NCBI GenBank assembly: GCA_015521325.1
Contig: WAOK01000002.1
Span: forward strand, 70,756-134,755
Source of the DNA: Desulfurococcales archaeon
GTDB lineage: Archaea; Thermoproteota; Thermoprotei_A; Sulfolobales; NBVN01
Direction of reading: 5' to 3'
DNA length: 64,000 nt
Part shown: positions 16,264-25,033 of the stretch, piece after piece
How positions within the stretch are numbered: position 1 is the first letter of the stretch
Layout: each line of letters starts with the position of its first letter
The notes under the pieces: generated by a model
Told to the model about the DNA's origin: nothing
Database searches by the model: none
The model's input: only the letters and a program-made list of their open reading frames with translations
Translations under genes and position numbers: made by a program

Positions 16264-17922
16264 TTACATCAGGGTATCGTCTTCGCCTCCCCAAAGTGGG
16301 TCCGCGCTGACTTGGTCGAACAAATAACTCATCCACTCATGCACTATCGGTCTGTCGGTCCCGCCAGTCTTGAACTCTGCAAGGTCTATCTTGACCAGTG
16401 CTGGTAGCGGGGTCATCATCCCGAGCACGATCGCCTCACCGTTGTTGAGTGACGGTAGGAGTTCGCTGAGTTCCTCGCTCAGGTTCTCGCTCGCTGCCCT
16501 CACCTGCCTCAGGTCATCCGGCGACACTATCCTCAGGATTATCTTGTTGTTCGTCTGTGAGAGCGCTTCCTCATCAAGCCCTCTTGGTCTCTGCGACACG
16601 AGCACCATGCCGACGCCGAACTTCCTGCCCTCCCTAGCGACCTTAGCAACGTACTGCTTTGTCATGGTGGACCTATTCGCCGGTATTAGGGTGTGGGCCT
16701 CTTCGATGATGAGTAGCACGGGCACGGGGTACCCCCTGACCCCTCCGCTGTTGACGTAGTTCTTCCTCTCGTAGAGGAGCCTCTTAATGAAGAATGACGC
16801 CACAACGTCCTGGGTCTCCTCAGTTAGCTCACCTATCGGTAACACGTTTATTTTTCCGGGAACGACCATGGCCTCAAGGTCGTGAGGGGCTGAGGTATCC
16901 AAGAGTGTGAAGTCCCTGGCGCCCGAGCCATAGTACCTGCTCCTAAAGGTGTCGAGCTTTAGGAAGACGTCGATCACTGAGTTTTTATCGCTGCTTTTCA
17001 CGTTCTCCCAGTTACCCTCGAGTGTCCTGTACTTACCATCGATGGCCATCCTCTCTACATAATGATATAAGAGGTCAAAGAACTCATCCGTCCTTGCCTG
17101 GGCGGCGTCGTGCCTGGCCGCGTCATAAGCGAACTTGAAGTAGAGGCGCTGTTTGCTGGCGCTCGGCCCTATGTTTATGAGTTGGTAATAGTCGTCTATC
17201 GTGAGTGCGGCTGGGTGTATCCTGGGCTGGATTACGTGCACCCTGTCTCTAAGCTCATCAACCTGTGCTAGGGACCTGTACTCCGAGTGAGGGTCAATTA
17301 TCAGCACCGTCCCGTTTAGGGCCTCAACGATCCTCCTAGCTAGTATCGCCACAGTGTTGGACTTGCCGGCCCCGGTTACCGCCAGTATCGCCAGATGTCT
17401 ACTCACTAGTCTCTCAACGTTAACGTAGTACTCCACCCTCTCCCCATAACCAAGTAGCGTCCCTAGGCGCACACAGACGTTGTAACTCCTTCCCGCAATC
17501 TCTCTTACGCAGTCTCTCCTTTGCCTGCCGAATATCATGGCGAGCACAGACTCGTCCGCGGGCACGACCTCCGAGCCCGGTGGCGGGGGTGTCTTGGGAC
17601 GCATCGGCCTACCGTCCTCTATTATGGGGTGTATGAAGGTGAGGAGCTTGGCCTGACCGAGCATGTAGTGCCTATTGCCTATACCCATCCTGACCGCTGT
17701 CGTGACTATGTCCATCGATCTCGTATCTGGCGGCAGGAGCGGATTACCCATGACCGACCTTTCCACGAGCGCCAGAACATCCCCCTCTGGGTGCCTCACG
17801 ACCACATACTCGCCTACCCTGGGGGGAGTCGGTGATATGAAGTATATTGATGAGTGTGTTGCCTCCCCTATGACGTACGCTCTTTCTTCCCGAGTAAGCC
17901 CGGAGCTCACATCCTGAGCCAT
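16264..17922 (-). CDS. herA: HerA hexameric DNA translocase/helicase
   Basis: 552 aa. N-terminal HAS-barrel-like region, Walker A VTGAGKSN, Walker B LLIIEEAH. 16-nt overlap with nurA. Confidence 0.85.
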   Translation of the reverse strand: MAQDVSSGLTREERAYVIGEATHSSIYFISPTPPRVGEYVVVRHPEGDVLALVERSVMGNPLLPPDTRSMDIVTTAVRMGIGNRHYMLGQAKLLTFIHPIIEDGRPMRPKTPPPPGSEVVPADESVLAMIFGRQRRDCVREIAGRSYNVCVRLGTLLGYGERVEYYVNVERLVSRHLAILAVTGAGKSNTVAILARRIVEALNGTVLIIDPHSEYRSLAQVDELRDRVHVIQPRIHPAALTIDDYYQLINIGPSASKQRLYFKFAYDAARHDAAQARTDEFFDLLYHYVERMAIDGKYRTLEGNWENVKSSDKNSVIDVFLKLDTFRSRYYGSGARDFTLLDTSAPHDLEAMVVPGKINVLPIGELTEETQDVVASFFIKRLLYERKNYVNSGGVRGYPVPVLLIIEEAHTLIPANRSTMTKQYVAKVAREGRKFGVGMVLVSQRPRGLDEEALSQTNNKIILRIVSPDDLRQVRAASENLSEELSELLPSLNNGEAIVLGMMTPLPALVKIDLAEFKTGGTDRPIVHEWMSYLFDQVSADPLWGGEDDTLM

Positions 17923-19133
17923 ACGCCCATCCCCTCCCTGCCGCTGAGTCTGGGGCCTATACCCAAGAAATCCAGGACTCTACGCAGGTCCTCGTGCCTG
18001 ATCCTGCAGTGTGAGTCAGCTACGGTGAGCGGGTACGGGTACCCTTCCGGACTGAGCGGGAGCATCGCCTCAACAACCTGCTCCACTATCTCCTCTGGAT
18101 CCCCTCCACGTAGCGGTATCTCGACCCTCAGTGCTGGGGCCGTTGGCGTGAGCTTGACGTATGTGATCGCTATGTTCACGCCTGTATAAAAGTCTAGGAG
18201 ACCGAGCTCCCTTGGTGGTTCCGCGGCACGGGCTGTGGCTCCCTCCACGTGTATGCCTCCGCCGTAATTCTGAGGCAGGACTGCGTAGCCCGGCGTGTCG
18301 GCGAGGTCGAAGAAGGATATGTCGCTGAGCCTTCTCGCACTCAGGGTGTCGATCGTTTCTCTAAGAACCTTCCTGACGTAGCTGTCGTAGAAATGCGACG
18401 ATATGCCCCTCTTAGCTACGTATGCCACGATAGTGCCTCTACGCCACGCCTCTTCTAGGGCCTGTCTCAGGGCTGCTAGCTTCTCTATGTACGTGAAGAG
18501 TAGGACGGGCTTAATGAGGCCTTCGCTCAGGGCGTGCGGATCCACTGAGTCGATGACTAAGAGGGGTCTCTGCTTGAGTATAGATTCTCTCCCTACCTCC
18601 TCCCTTAGACCCTCCTCCACAAGCTCTATGGGGTCGATGCCCGTGCTCTCCTTGAACTGGGTAACTAATTCCCTAATAGATACCCTGCCGAGCACTGGCG
18701 CAGGCCTCATGAGGACCGCTATAAGTGAGCCATCAACGAGGGCGAGGCGGGGGCTATACCTTATTACGGCCTCCCTAAGTGCCTTGACCTCGAGAATCTC
18801 CCTAGCTAGGTGGGTTACGCTCTCCATCTCCTTCCCTATGACGACGTCAATGTCCGCTAGCTCTATCGGGGCTGACTCCGAGTAGCCGTTCCCTGCCCGT
18901 CTGAAACTCACTGCAGCGGATGTGACGGCATATATCAGCATGTTTCTCAGGTCTAGACTAACCAGTGAACCGTCAACCCCAACGACCGTCGAGGGCGGTC
19001 GACCATTATCAACCGGTACCCACATTTCCGTCAGCACAGCCCGGAGCAGCTCAGCGAACTGCGACGTTATCCCGAAGAAGCTCCTAAGGCGCCTCTCCTT
19101 TCTCCCGGCTGCCTCTATTATTGATCTGTTCAA
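17907..19133 (-). CDS. nurA: NurA 5'-3' nuclease
   Basis: 408 aa. VVGVDGS catalytic Asp motif. Sits between rad50 and herA, coupled to herA. Confidence 0.75.
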   Translation of the reverse strand: MNRSIIEAAGRKERRLRSFFGITSQFAELLRAVLTEMWVPVDNGRPPSTVVGVDGSLVSLDLRNMLIYAVTSAAVSFRRAGNGYSESAPIELADIDVVIGKEMESVTHLAREILEVKALREAVIRYSPRLALVDGSLIAVLMRPAPVLGRVSIRELVTQFKESTGIDPIELVEEGLREEVGRESILKQRPLLVIDSVDPHALSEGLIKPVLLFTYIEKLAALRQALEEAWRRGTIVAYVAKRGISSHFYDSYVRKVLRETIDTLSARRLSDISFFDLADTPGYAVLPQNYGGGIHVEGATARAAEPPRELGLLDFYTGVNIAITYVKLTPTAPALRVEIPLRGGDPEEIVEQVVEAMLPLSPEGYPYPLTVADSHCRIRHEDLRRVLDFLGIGPRLSGREGMGVWLRM

Positions 19134-19224
19134 GGAATGACCCGCCCGCTAATTAATTTGGTTAGTGCGCACGAATAAGTTATTAATAGTCAGATTGACG
19201 CCTCACAGCGACCGTGAGTAGTAC

Positions 19225-22074
19225 TCATGGTGTCTGGGCAATGGTGTCCTCAACTCCAACGTACCTTATCTCTGAGTCGGAGCCTGGTCTCTTTATCACC
19301 CTTATCACCAGATCCGCAGCGTCCTCCACCCTCTCATCGTGTGTGACGACGAGTAGTTGCTTAACGATTCTCCCTCCGCGGAACTCTCTTAGGAGTTCAA
19401 CAAATAATTCCCTTCTCTCGCTATCTAGATGGATCGTTGGTTCGTCGAGTATAAGGAATCCCGCAGCCCTGCCGAGGACTGCCGCCCTCAGGGCCAGGAG
19501 AAGGGCTATTGATAAGGCTACCTTTTCTCCGCCGGAGAGTGATGTGAACGGGGCCTCTACGCCGCCCCGGATTAGTGTTATGCTGAAGTCTCTCCCGACC
19601 TTCACTGAATCGAACTCTATCCCAAGCCTTGCTAGGTAATCGGTGAGGAGCGATTCTACGGCCTCTCTGGCCCTCTCTCTGATTAGTGCCGGTGCTCTCT
19701 CCCTATGCAGGATGTTTTCCTTTATCCAGGCGAGCACAGCAAGTTTCCTGGCGACCTTGCTCAGTTCTTCTGCTTGCGTACTTAGGTCCTCTATTTCCCT
19801 CTCCTTCTCTGCGACCTCCTCCTCCATGCCCCTTATCTCGGCCTCAACGGCGCTGAGAGCCTTTTCCTCCTCGAGAACCTCCCCCTCCTTCTCCTTCATG
19901 AGGCCCTCCTTAACCTCCAGATCCTTAAGGAACGCTCTAAGGCTCTCTAACCTGTCTCTCAGGCCCTGCAACTCCGACTCGATCATCCCCGCCTCATTGA
20001 TTAAGCGATTCTCCTGCTCCTTCAAGGCTGTTAACCTCTCCTTGAGCTTCCTTATTCTCTGCACAGCCTCCCTTGTATCGGGAGCGACCGCTTTGCTGTA
20101 GAGTTCAATAACATCATCTTCACTAACTTCCTTACCGAGGATCTTCGATATCCTCGCGATAGCGTTTGCCAATGATTCTTTCCTTTCCTCTAGCTCTCTC
20201 TTAACCCTCTCTGCCTCATCCCATATCTCTTTAATCGCTAATTCAGATGGGTGCTTTCCGAGGAGACCGTGTAGCCTCTCCAGGGTCTTTGAGAGCTTCG
20301 AGAGCTTCTCGACCTTCTCTCTCAAGACCATAATTCTGTTACTGAGCTCGCTGAGCGCAGATCCTGCCGCGACCTCCTCGTCTAATAACCGCGCTATAGT
20401 TGCCCTGATTTCTGACGCTCTCTCCTCAAGGGGCCTGGCCTCAGCAAGCATCCTCTCTAGCTTAAGTAGAACCTCCTTTTCACGCTTCACATAAGCCATT
20501 CTTTTCTCGAGGTCAGCCTCTGCCTCGCTGAGTTTAGTCACGACACCCAGTATATTCTCTAATTCACGAGCGTAGCTCCTTCTGAGCTCATCAGCCCGCT
20601 CCTTGCTTAGGTCATGACCGCAGAGCGGGCACCGCATCACACCCGGCTTTAGAAGCGAGATCTTCCTCTTCACCTCCTCCGCCTTAGCGCTTAGGGTTGC
20701 TCTCTCCTCAGCCACTCTCCTCAATGCCTTACTGATCTCCTCTATCTCTGCCTCTAACTCCGCCAACTTCTTGCTCACCGTATCGTATGCTTCTGCCACA
20801 CTCCGGAATTCCGTGGCTAGGACAGATGAGGCAGATTCAATGGCTTTCCTCACAGTGTGGATTATATCGGCTAACTCTTCCTCCAGCTCTTTCCTCCGTT
20901 TTCTTGAGTTCTCCAGCGAGGCCGCTACCCCCTGTCTTCTCTCAATCATCTCCTGTAACCTGTCCTCGGCTGCACGTAGCTCCGCATCGACCTCATCTAG
21001 ACCTATACTAAGCTCACTTGCTAGTTCCTTAATCATCGACCAGAGGGTCTCGACACTCCTTAAGCGCTCTGAGAGCTTGTTCAGCTCCCTCTCCAGATCT
21101 CTCAGCTCCTTAACGAGGCTTGAGGCCTCGCTGAGGACGGGCAGGGCGTCTGCAAGCCTCTCGTACTCCGCGAGCTCGCTCAGCCTTTTCTCAGTGTTTT
21201 CTTTCTGCTTACGGATGTTCTGGAGCTCGGCCACTATCGCCCTAAGCTTGGTCTCCCTGTCCTCGATCTGCTTCCGTATTGCTGCGGCCTCCTCGGCCTT
21301 CTTACGGAGGGCCTCGACCTCTTCTTTGATAGCGTCGAGCTCGCTCCTTAGCTTCCTTAGCCGGGCTTCCATCTGCTTCTTCTCAACTACCTTCTGCCCT
21401 ATCTCCTTACGCCTCGCCCTAACTTTCTCCTCCAGTTCCTTGATCCTGGCCTTAACACGCTCCACCTCCCTAGCAATGGCCCTCCTCTCCGTTACTCTAT
21501 ATGGTACCCCGTTCGTTGTCCATACTTGGACTAAGTCGTTGAATTTCTCGTATGCTTTCTGGTAGGTGTCCAGCCCCAGTATTTTGTCAATTATCTCCAA
21601 CCTGTCCCTCGGCTGCTCCATAAGGAGCCTAGTGAGTTCTCCCTGCCTTATTATCGATGTCCTCACCACTGTGTCGACGCTCACACCCAAGTAGTGCTCG
21701 AGCCTAAACCTAACACCTACCTGCGAGTTCGCTGTATCAATTACTTTATTCTTGAGTTTATCGAGCACCCTCAAGGAGTAAGTCGCGGTCCTGCCGAAGG
21801 GTTTCTTCACGCGCACCTGTATTATTCTGTGTTCGTCCTCGAGCTCGAGAATAACACCCATCCCGTGCGCCCTGTGGCGGACATTCACGAGGTCGTCCAG
21901 TGACGAGCCCCTAGGTCTCGCCCCTACCTTGAGCGCGAAGTATATGGCATCGACAATGCTTGATTTCCCCGCACCGTTTTCGCCTGTTATTGCTGTGACG
22001 CCATCGGTGAAGCTGACCTCGCTTTTCCGATGGGATATGAAGTTCTCGAGGACAACTCTTTTCAGCCTGAGCAC
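19225..22074 (-). CDS. rad50: Rad50 SMC-like ATPase
   Basis: 949 aa. Walker A GENGAGKSS, long E/K/L coiled coil, zinc hook CPLC, signature LSGGEKVALSIA, Walker B LILDEPT. Confidence 0.9.
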   Translation of the reverse strand: MLRLKRVVLENFISHRKSEVSFTDGVTAITGENGAGKSSIVDAIYFALKVGARPRGSSLDDLVNVRHRAHGMGVILELEDEHRIIQVRVKKPFGRTATYSLRVLDKLKNKVIDTANSQVGVRFRLEHYLGVSVDTVVRTSIIRQGELTRLLMEQPRDRLEIIDKILGLDTYQKAYEKFNDLVQVWTTNGVPYRVTERRAIAREVERVKARIKELEEKVRARRKEIGQKVVEKKQMEARLRKLRSELDAIKEEVEALRKKAEEAAAIRKQIEDRETKLRAIVAELQNIRKQKENTEKRLSELAEYERLADALPVLSEASSLVKELRDLERELNKLSERLRSVETLWSMIKELASELSIGLDEVDAELRAAEDRLQEMIERRQGVAASLENSRKRRKELEEELADIIHTVRKAIESASSVLATEFRSVAEAYDTVSKKLAELEAEIEEISKALRRVAEERATLSAKAEEVKRKISLLKPGVMRCPLCGHDLSKERADELRRSYARELENILGVVTKLSEAEADLEKRMAYVKREKEVLLKLERMLAEARPLEERASEIRATIARLLDEEVAAGSALSELSNRIMVLREKVEKLSKLSKTLERLHGLLGKHPSELAIKEIWDEAERVKRELEERKESLANAIARISKILGKEVSEDDVIELYSKAVAPDTREAVQRIRKLKERLTALKEQENRLINEAGMIESELQGLRDRLESLRAFLKDLEVKEGLMKEKEGEVLEEEKALSAVEAEIRGMEEEVAEKEREIEDLSTQAEELSKVARKLAVLAWIKENILHRERAPALIRERAREAVESLLTDYLARLGIEFDSVKVGRDFSITLIRGGVEAPFTSLSGGEKVALSIALLLALRAAVLGRAAGFLILDEPTIHLDSERRELFVELLREFRGGRIVKQLLVVTHDERVEDAADLVIRVIKRPGSDSEIRYVGVEDTIAQTP

Positions 22075-23330
22075 TACTTACCACCCCTTATGAAGGCGTC
22101 AAGTCCTACACCACCTTTTTTCCTGTGTACGGAGGGGGCGAGGGACTCTGTCTTGATTACCCTATCCCATACCTTAAGTGAGAGTATGTCATCTACGAGC
22201 TCCTCAATCATCTCTTGCTGACTCTGCTGGGCGAGGGCATTCTTCAGCCTAACTACGTATTCAGCCGCCTTCCTAACATCCGGATCGTCAGGATTCCCCG
22301 GATCGATTATTGATGCCACTATCGCAACCTCATCGACCTCCGCTCCAACCGCCCTAGGCACTGCCTCCACGTGCTCCCTCTGAACCATTACCCTGTAGAG
22401 AGCCCTCCCAGCGACAGCCCTCTCTATCATTGAGTAGACGTCGTCCTTGTAGTTCGGGGGGAGCCTCACCACTATGTTCATCAGTGGTCTGTCGTACCTT
22501 CCCCAGTTACCGCGGGAGAGCTCCGCCTCAATCCTTGCCCTCACTCTATCCACTGGCTCTTCTATGACTATGAAGGGCCTTGGCTCAGACCTAATGAAGT
22601 GAGTCTCCGGCATGTCTCCGTCAAGATCCACTATTAAGAAGCCCTTCTCCTCACCCTTCCTTACCTCTTGGGCACTGAGGTAGTATAGGCTCCCTGGGTA
22701 GGCATACACCCTCCCGCCTTCGAGCACCCCCTCTCTGTGACCGTGTATGTGGCCTAGGGCTATGTACCTGAACACCTGGGGGAAGAGGTTCACATCTATT
22801 GAGTCCTCGGAGTTGGCGAAGACCTGCGAGATTTCCTGGTGAGCCAATAAGACTGCTCTATGAGTGCCGGCGACCTCGTTGGCCATCGAGCGCAGGGCGC
22901 TGATGTATTTACTCCTAGATCTGTCGCCGAACCTGAAGCGTGTCTTGTGAGCCCCGCAGAAACCGTAGGTCTTACCGCTAACTACCTGCTTGACGCACTT
23001 CACACCCTCGTAGCTAAGTATCGTGACGCCCGGCACTAGTGTGAGCGCTGCCTTATCCCGTATCTTTGGGTAGTCATGCTCGCCGAGGACTGCGTATACC
23101 TTTATGCCTCTCTCCACGGCAGGTTTCAGTGCTGTGACGGCCTGGTGAATGACCCGAATTAGGGGTCTGGGGGTGTCGAATATGTCGCCTGAAAGAAGGA
23201 TCGCGTCAACCCTCTCCTCTATCGCAACCTGCACGTACTCCTTGAACAATCTGGCTATGTCTTCCTCAACCTCTAGGAACCTGTAGAGGTTCCTGCCCAA
23301 GTGGATGTCGGCGAAGTGGGCAACCCGCAA
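22074..23330 (-). CDS. mre11: Mre11 nuclease
   Basis: 418 aa. Phosphoesterase motifs HFADIHLG, SGDIFD, GEHD, GHIH. TTG start. 1-nt overlap with rad50. Confidence 0.9.
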   Translation of the reverse strand: MRVAHFADIHLGRNLYRFLEVEEDIARLFKEYVQVAIEERVDAILLSGDIFDTPRPLIRVIHQAVTALKPAVERGIKVYAVLGEHDYPKIRDKAALTLVPGVTILSYEGVKCVKQVVSGKTYGFCGAHKTRFRFGDRSRSKYISALRSMANEVAGTHRAVLLAHQEISQVFANSEDSIDVNLFPQVFRYIALGHIHGHREGVLEGGRVYAYPGSLYYLSAQEVRKGEEKGFLIVDLDGDMPETHFIRSEPRPFIVIEEPVDRVRARIEAELSRGNWGRYDRPLMNIVVRLPPNYKDDVYSMIERAVAGRALYRVMVQREHVEAVPRAVGAEVDEVAIVASIIDPGNPDDPDVRKAAEYVVRLKNALAQQSQQEMIEELVDDILSLKVWDRVIKTESLAPSVHRKKGGVGLDAFIRGGK

Positions 23331-23407
23331 ACCACTCCTTCCCCACCTTAGGTTTTCTCAGCACATAAAACACGTGAGTGAGGCCCAGGCATGGCCAGAA
23401 CCGAATA

Positions 23408-23899
23408 CTATGGTATGACCGAGAAGATGCCCTCCATAGCGATAACTAGCAGGGCAAACGCTGCAATGACACCAACCTCTATAGCGACAACGGCCTTACC
23501 CCCCTTGATGCCCAAGACATGAGCTATCAGTGTCCCGGACCATGCCCCGGAGCCAGGTAATGGTACGGCAACGAAAAGGGCGAGACCCAAGTGCCCGTAC
23601 CTCCTCACATACTCCGGGATCCTTTTTCTCACACCACCAACAGCCCACTCATAGAGTCTTGCCACAGGCCCGATCACGGGGGTGCCCTTCATCTTCAGAA
23701 GGAGTGCCTCGAGCCTATCGAGTAGGGGCATGACGACTGGTGCTATGATCAAGTTGCCCACGAGGGCAGCGGCGAGCAACGTCACCCTAGCCGCACCATC
23801 TGTCGGCTCCATCACGTAGGCAAGCGGCACCGACCCCCTAACCTCGATGAATGGAGCGAGCGACACGATCAGTATCAAGAAAACCTCGTGGGGGTTCAC
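23408..23899 (-). CDS. Small membrane protein, 'small multidrug export' (COG2426-like) family
   Basis: 163 aa, 4-5 TM helices, PLPGSGAWSG motif. Confidence 0.5.
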   Translation of the reverse strand: MNPHEVFLILIVSLAPFIEVRGSVPLAYVMEPTDGAARVTLLAAALVGNLIIAPVVMPLLDRLEALLLKMKGTPVIGPVARLYEWAVGGVRKRIPEYVRRYGHLGLALFVAVPLPGSGAWSGTLIAHVLGIKGGKAVVAIEVGVIAAFALLVIAMEGIFSVIP

Positions 23900-23900
23900 A

Positions 23901-24944
23901 CTACCACCTCTCGAGCCTGTACCTGAGGATCGCCACCATGCCGCCTAGCCCCTCGAGCCTCGGGGCCGCTGGGGAGTTAGAGGGCACCACGATCACCTTA
24001 GCCCCTCTCTCCTCCGCCTTGTTCAGTATCTCGTCAACCTCCTCAGCTTCCTCCCCGCTAAGCAGGTCCTCATGAACGAGGAGCTTCTTCACTGCGTTAG
24101 CTTCCACGGCGAATTTCACGTCATCGATCCCGTAGGCTATCATGGCTGGGTCCTTTGCTAGCCACTTCTCGAACTCGCTTAGGATCTCCTCAGCCGCCAC
24201 AGCCGCTGCCTCCGCATAAACCCTCTTGACAGAGTCCCTCCTCATGAGTTCCTCTATCCCCTTCCTACCTCCTACGGACACGGAGTCTACCACGATCTTT
24301 GCCTTGGGTAATCTCTCCTTAACCTTCTTTGCCAGCTCATCCTTTAGGAAAGCTATTGAGGCGATCACGATTATGTCGGCGTCCTCCGATCGGGCAGCCT
24401 CCACTACGATTTCGGCAGCCCTGTTGAGGGCTCTCTCGAGTGACTCCGGCTCATTCTCAGTGACGCCGCCAAGCTCGACCTCTCTCACAAATTTCACGCC
24501 TTGACCGTGTAGGGACGCGACAGCTATCTCATCCATGTCAGCCGCAACTAGCAGTACCTTCGCGTGGGGCCGGGGGGCTCTCTCAAGCCTCTTCAAATCA
24601 GCCTTTCCCCACACCTCCTTAACAATTGCGAGCCTAGAACCGACATCCACATTGAAGGTGTGGTGCTGCCCTTTTAGGCCGTACCCATCAGGGGCCTCAA
24701 CAATGATGCCATGAACCCTGAGCCTGGTGCTGAACGGCTGAAAGTATACGTTCTTCACCTTAATCGCCAACACCATCGGGAGTCTTTTCTTGCCCCCGGA
24801 ACCCTCGACCTTGACATCCCTTAAGGTTCTCGCTATTACTATGTCCCCAGGCCTAATGATGTTCTTGAGTACCCACAGATCGTCGGCTGTCTCGACCTGT
24901 ACCTCGACATACCCTTTCTTCAGATCCTTGACCAGTATCCGCAT
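23901..24944 (-). CDS. pelA: Pelota (Dom34) ribosome rescue / mRNA surveillance factor
   Basis: 347 aa. N-terminus MRILVKDLKKGYVEVQVETADDLWVLKNIIRPGD is typical of archaeal pelota. eRF1-like domains follow. Confidence 0.85.
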   Translation of the reverse strand: MRILVKDLKKGYVEVQVETADDLWVLKNIIRPGDIVIARTLRDVKVEGSGGKKRLPMVLAIKVKNVYFQPFSTRLRVHGIIVEAPDGYGLKGQHHTFNVDVGSRLAIVKEVWGKADLKRLERAPRPHAKVLLVAADMDEIAVASLHGQGVKFVREVELGGVTENEPESLERALNRAAEIVVEAARSEDADIIVIASIAFLKDELAKKVKERLPKAKIVVDSVSVGGRKGIEELMRRDSVKRVYAEAAAVAAEEILSEFEKWLAKDPAMIAYGIDDVKFAVEANAVKKLLVHEDLLSGEEAEEVDEILNKAEERGAKVIVVPSNSPAAPRLEGLGGMVAILRYRLERW

Positions 24945-25033
24945 CCTTGAGCACCCTTCGCTCCTATTGCCTGTGTGTCTTGGTGATGAGGCATTAAGTT
25001 AATTGTTTCTTAAGGCATAATTATCCAGAATAG

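Noticed and set aside
20771-21565. 264-aa plus-strand ORF (with several shorter ones) antisense to rad50
   Set aside because: It is S/L/A-rich low-complexity sequence, exactly what the antisense of an E/K/L coiled-coil region gives. No start context, no motifs, and it lies fully inside a well-supported gene.
24970-25033. GUGAUGA box and an imperfect inverted repeat (GCATTAAG-N10-CTTAAGGC) in the pelota / surface-protein divergent gap
   Set aside because: No CUGA follows at any plausible spacing. The inverted repeat has a mismatch and overlaps AT-rich promoter DNA, so the evidence is insufficient for an sRNA or operator call.
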